A stretch of 46,452 nt of DNA, from the IMG/VR virus record IMGVR_UViG_3300011403_000006, positions 1-46,452 of that record. One strand, given 5' to 3'. The position numbers and the translations under genes were made by a program. Source of the stretch: a virus (lineage: Duplodnaviria > Caudoviricetes). The stretch's first letter is position 1; every line of letters begins with the position of its first letter. Positions 44,301-46,452 of this stretch are shown here, one piece after another. Below the pieces are notes generated by a model. That model worked only from the letters and a program-made list of their open reading frames with translations, had not been told where the DNA came from and searched no databases.

Positions 44301-45849
44301 GTAACGTTCCTACTATTTTATCAACTACTTGCCGTGTAGTAAATTCATCTTTAGCTTCTCTTACATAATCATCAACAGATTCGAGCAATCCTCTCAGTGC
44401 GTCGTATAAGTCGTCACCCTTGAATTCAGCAACATCTTCTGTATTTTTATTCTCTTTTTGGTCATACTGACAAGCAGGTATAGTTTCCTGTAATTCCTCA
44501 GTCGCTCCCTCGAATAATTGGAGTTTCGGTAAGTTGTCCTCAATCTCGGGTACAAACATCGAATTGTAGGATTCGAATCGTTCTTGTCCGTAATTACGCA
44601 AAATAGCTTGGGCAAGTCTTTCGTTATATGTTTTCTCGAGGATTTTCGCATCTATAGTTTTCCATCTCAAATACTCATGAATCAACATCTTGCCACCAAC
44701 ACGGTCACGCTTACCTAAATTACATTGAACAGGAAAACCATTATTTAATAACGATTCATTAACCTGTTCTTGTATCGTTTTAGGCTCGCCCCGTTGTTGT
44801 ACGGCGCTGTGGCAAATTACTATACGTCTAATACTGGCTAGTTCATTACGAGATAAGTTCGCAAGATCTCTGGTCCAGTCTTTAATATATTTATACCTTT
44901 CATTGTACACTCTATAAACGAAAACTTGTCCGTGTGGTGAAATTGCACCCCAAAGTATAGCTGTTGCAGCATCCCAACCCCAGTCAATACTGATAACACG
45001 GGGCCACCATGATGGTATTTCGAATGGTGATATAACGTGGCATGCATTAGATGGCTCATCATGAAAAGGTCTTATCCGCCATTCAGTAAAGACTTGCCCT
45101 AAGAAAGCATTCCAGTCGCCAAACGCTGCTCGACGTTCCGCCTCAGGTAATAATTGAAGTTTAAGTACGTATGTCGGGTCTATCTTCGGATTATCCTGTA
45201 ACTCAGCCGGTACAAATATTCTTTCTAAGTATTCCCAGTCATTCGTACGCGGGTTGAATATTCTTTCTCGAAGGCGCTTAAACCCGAATGGAGCTGGTTT
45301 AATAAAGCGCTTATATACCCATGTATTGCCAATATTTCCTGGGTTTCCTGCGCTTCTAACGACGGCTGGTAAAAATGGGTCTGACGATCTAACTCGTGTA
45401 AAGGATAAGTACTGATACTGAAATGGTAGGAAATGCGTAAGCTCATCCCATCTAAGTAAATGATATTCGTCAGTATCGTATTCTCTAACTCCCTGCTCGG
45501 TTTCTGCGTGTCCGAGTCTATCAATAGCTCCATTAGGCCATTTCCATCTTTTCTTTTGCTCATTAAGGACCGCGCCGGTAGATGGATAATACTTACGTTG
45601 CCTATCTAATATTTCTCGTTCTATATCGGCATATGTACGACGCATGAACAAACCACGGTAATTAGGATTATTGTGAAAGCCGTAAAGTATAGGTAGAAGA
45701 ACAAGTATCTCACTCTTGCCCGGCCCCTTCTGACCACCGTAAAATGCTTCGAATATATCGAATGGTAATCTTATGAATCTTTCCTGTTTAGCATTGGGCA
45801 ACCACTTCTTTACTTCATCCTCAACTGGCGACGTTACCTGTATGCTCAT
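44194..45849 (-). CDS. terL: Terminase large subunit
   Basis: PNAKQERF, GGQKGPGKS (Walker A), WDELTHF (Walker B), SAGNPG, SIDWGW and DDLYDALR (RNase H-like nuclease). Confidence 0.95.
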   Translation of the reverse strand: MSIQVTSPVEDEVKKWLPNAKQERFIRLPFDIFEAFYGGQKGPGKSEILVLLPILYGFHNNPNYRGLFMRRTYADIEREILDRQRKYYPSTGAVLNEQKKRWKWPNGAIDRLGHAETEQGVREYDTDEYHLLRWDELTHFLPFQYQYLSFTRVRSSDPFLPAVVRSAGNPGNIGNTWVYKRFIKPAPFGFKRLRERIFNPRTNDWEYLERIFVPAELQDNPKIDPTYVLKLQLLPEAERRAAFGDWNAFLGQVFTEWRIRPFHDEPSNACHVISPFEIPSWWPRVISIDWGWDAATAILWGAISPHGQVFVYRVYNERYKYIKDWTRDLANLSRNELASIRRIVICHSAVQQRGEPKTIQEQVNESLLNNGFPVQCNLGKRDRVGGKMLIHEYLRWKTIDAKILEKTYNERLAQAILRNYGQERFESYNSMFVPEIEDNLPKLQLFEGATEELQETIPACQYDQKENKNTEDVAEFKGDDLYDALRGLLESVDDYVREAKDEFTTRQVVDKIVGTLHESGDTTQFYRQMEIVESANSKKGFGVRRYHRRRF

Positions 45850-45980
45850 GGTATCAGTAATGACAAGATATAGAACGCAAGTCCGGCCGCAATCAGATTA
45901 TATTTTGAAGCAACACGTCCACTAGCAGCTATTACAAATAACACAAATGAAAAGACTAACAGGATTAAGTCGATGTTCAT
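45846..45980 (-). CDS. 44-aa two-transmembrane protein (holin-like)
   Basis: MNIDLILLVFSFVLFVIAASGRVASKYNLIAAGLAFYILSLLIP; GGAAGGA SD; ATGA overlap with terL; below the ORF-track cutoff. Confidence 0.7.
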   Translation of the reverse strand: MNIDLILLVFSFVLFVIAASGRVASKYNLIAAGLAFYILSLLIP

Positions 45981-46003
45981 TTCTTTTCCTTCCCATTAAC
46001 TAA

Positions 46004-46255
46004 TCAAAAAGTAGTACGAGTAATAGTGACAGTTGTATCGGCTAATGCTTTAACGAATTGACCGTTAACTGGTGCGCCATTCGGACCTACATTTGAGTTG
46101 ACTAGATTTGTGTAGGTTCCACCATAAGTAGAACAAGATTGAATGAGAGCCGCGGACAGTAAATTCCCGGGCCGAGCTATCAAGGCATATACTTGATTTG
46201 CCTTCATAACTGTTGACATAGCAAATGGTAGTGAGAAGGTATTATACGTTGCCAT
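46004..46255 (-). CDS. Small hypothetical late protein
   Basis: AAGG SD; MA start; beta-rich. Confidence 0.65.
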   Translation of the reverse strand: MATYNTFSLPFAMSTVMKANQVYALIARPGNLLSAALIQSCSTYGGTYTNLVNSNVGPNGAPVNGQFVKALADTTVTITRTTF

Positions 46256-46290
46256 TGTTTTACCTTACACTGATGATGAGGTCTGCCGAA

Positions 46291-46452
46291 TCAGTCAACA
46301 GCAACAATATTCCTAGCCCTATCCTTACCATCACTATTTTCAGGCGTGAATTCCACAGTGGTGCCTACAGCCAACTGATTAAACGTCTTAGTTTTTTCAT
46401 TAAGATAAGTCCAATGAAAAAAATAATCTTTAGAGTCAATACCGCCGATGAA
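46291..46452 (-). CDS. Cold-shock domain protein, 3' part (joins 1..186 via the terminal overlap)
   Basis: ...VEFTPENSDGKDRARNIVAVD*; TGA at 46291-46293. Confidence 0.88.
   Translation of the reverse strand, partial: FIGGIDSKDYFFHWTYLNEKTKTFNQLAVGTTVEFTPENSDGKDRARNIVAVD
46330..46452. repeat. Terminal direct repeat (right copy)
   Basis: Identical to 1-123. Confidence 0.97.

Overview
The window is an apparently complete, circularly assembled dsDNA tailed-phage genome of about 46.3 kb. The first 123 bp recur exactly at the end, and GC is roughly 40% by eye. Early and replication genes run rightward from about 2400 to 18633: sigma70-type promoters, a dyad-symmetric origin-like region, a SprT-SNF2 fusion, a Cas4-like nuclease/Sak4/SSB module, a UDG-fused family A DNA polymerase and a DUF3987-like helicase. 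Late genes run leftward from 1912 through the junction down to 18630: terminase, portal, scaffold, capsid, a podovirus-type adaptor/nozzle, fibres, a GNAT and ejection proteins. I found no integrase, repressor, tRNA, CRISPR array, primase or canonical endolysin. Main observations: (1) a four-gene cassette in the late operon with two clan GH-A glycoside hydrolases and two intact signal-peptide/PEP-CTERM surface proteins; (2) an ATTPLLPEEEE-x25-TSPLGL motif shared by the large ejection protein and a separate ART-PolyVal-like protein, suggesting a virion delivery tag; (3) a 63-aa protein ending in the host SSB tail DDDIPF, placed between polymerase and helicase in a genome with no visible primase; (4) a SprT protease-Zn finger-SNF2 fusion; (5) inverted 11-bp repeat arrays flanking an AT-rich core; (6) two cold-shock-domain genes, one hidden across the contig junction; (7) apparent over-representation of CGGCCC/GGGCCG. 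All family assignments come from motif recognition by eye, not database searches.
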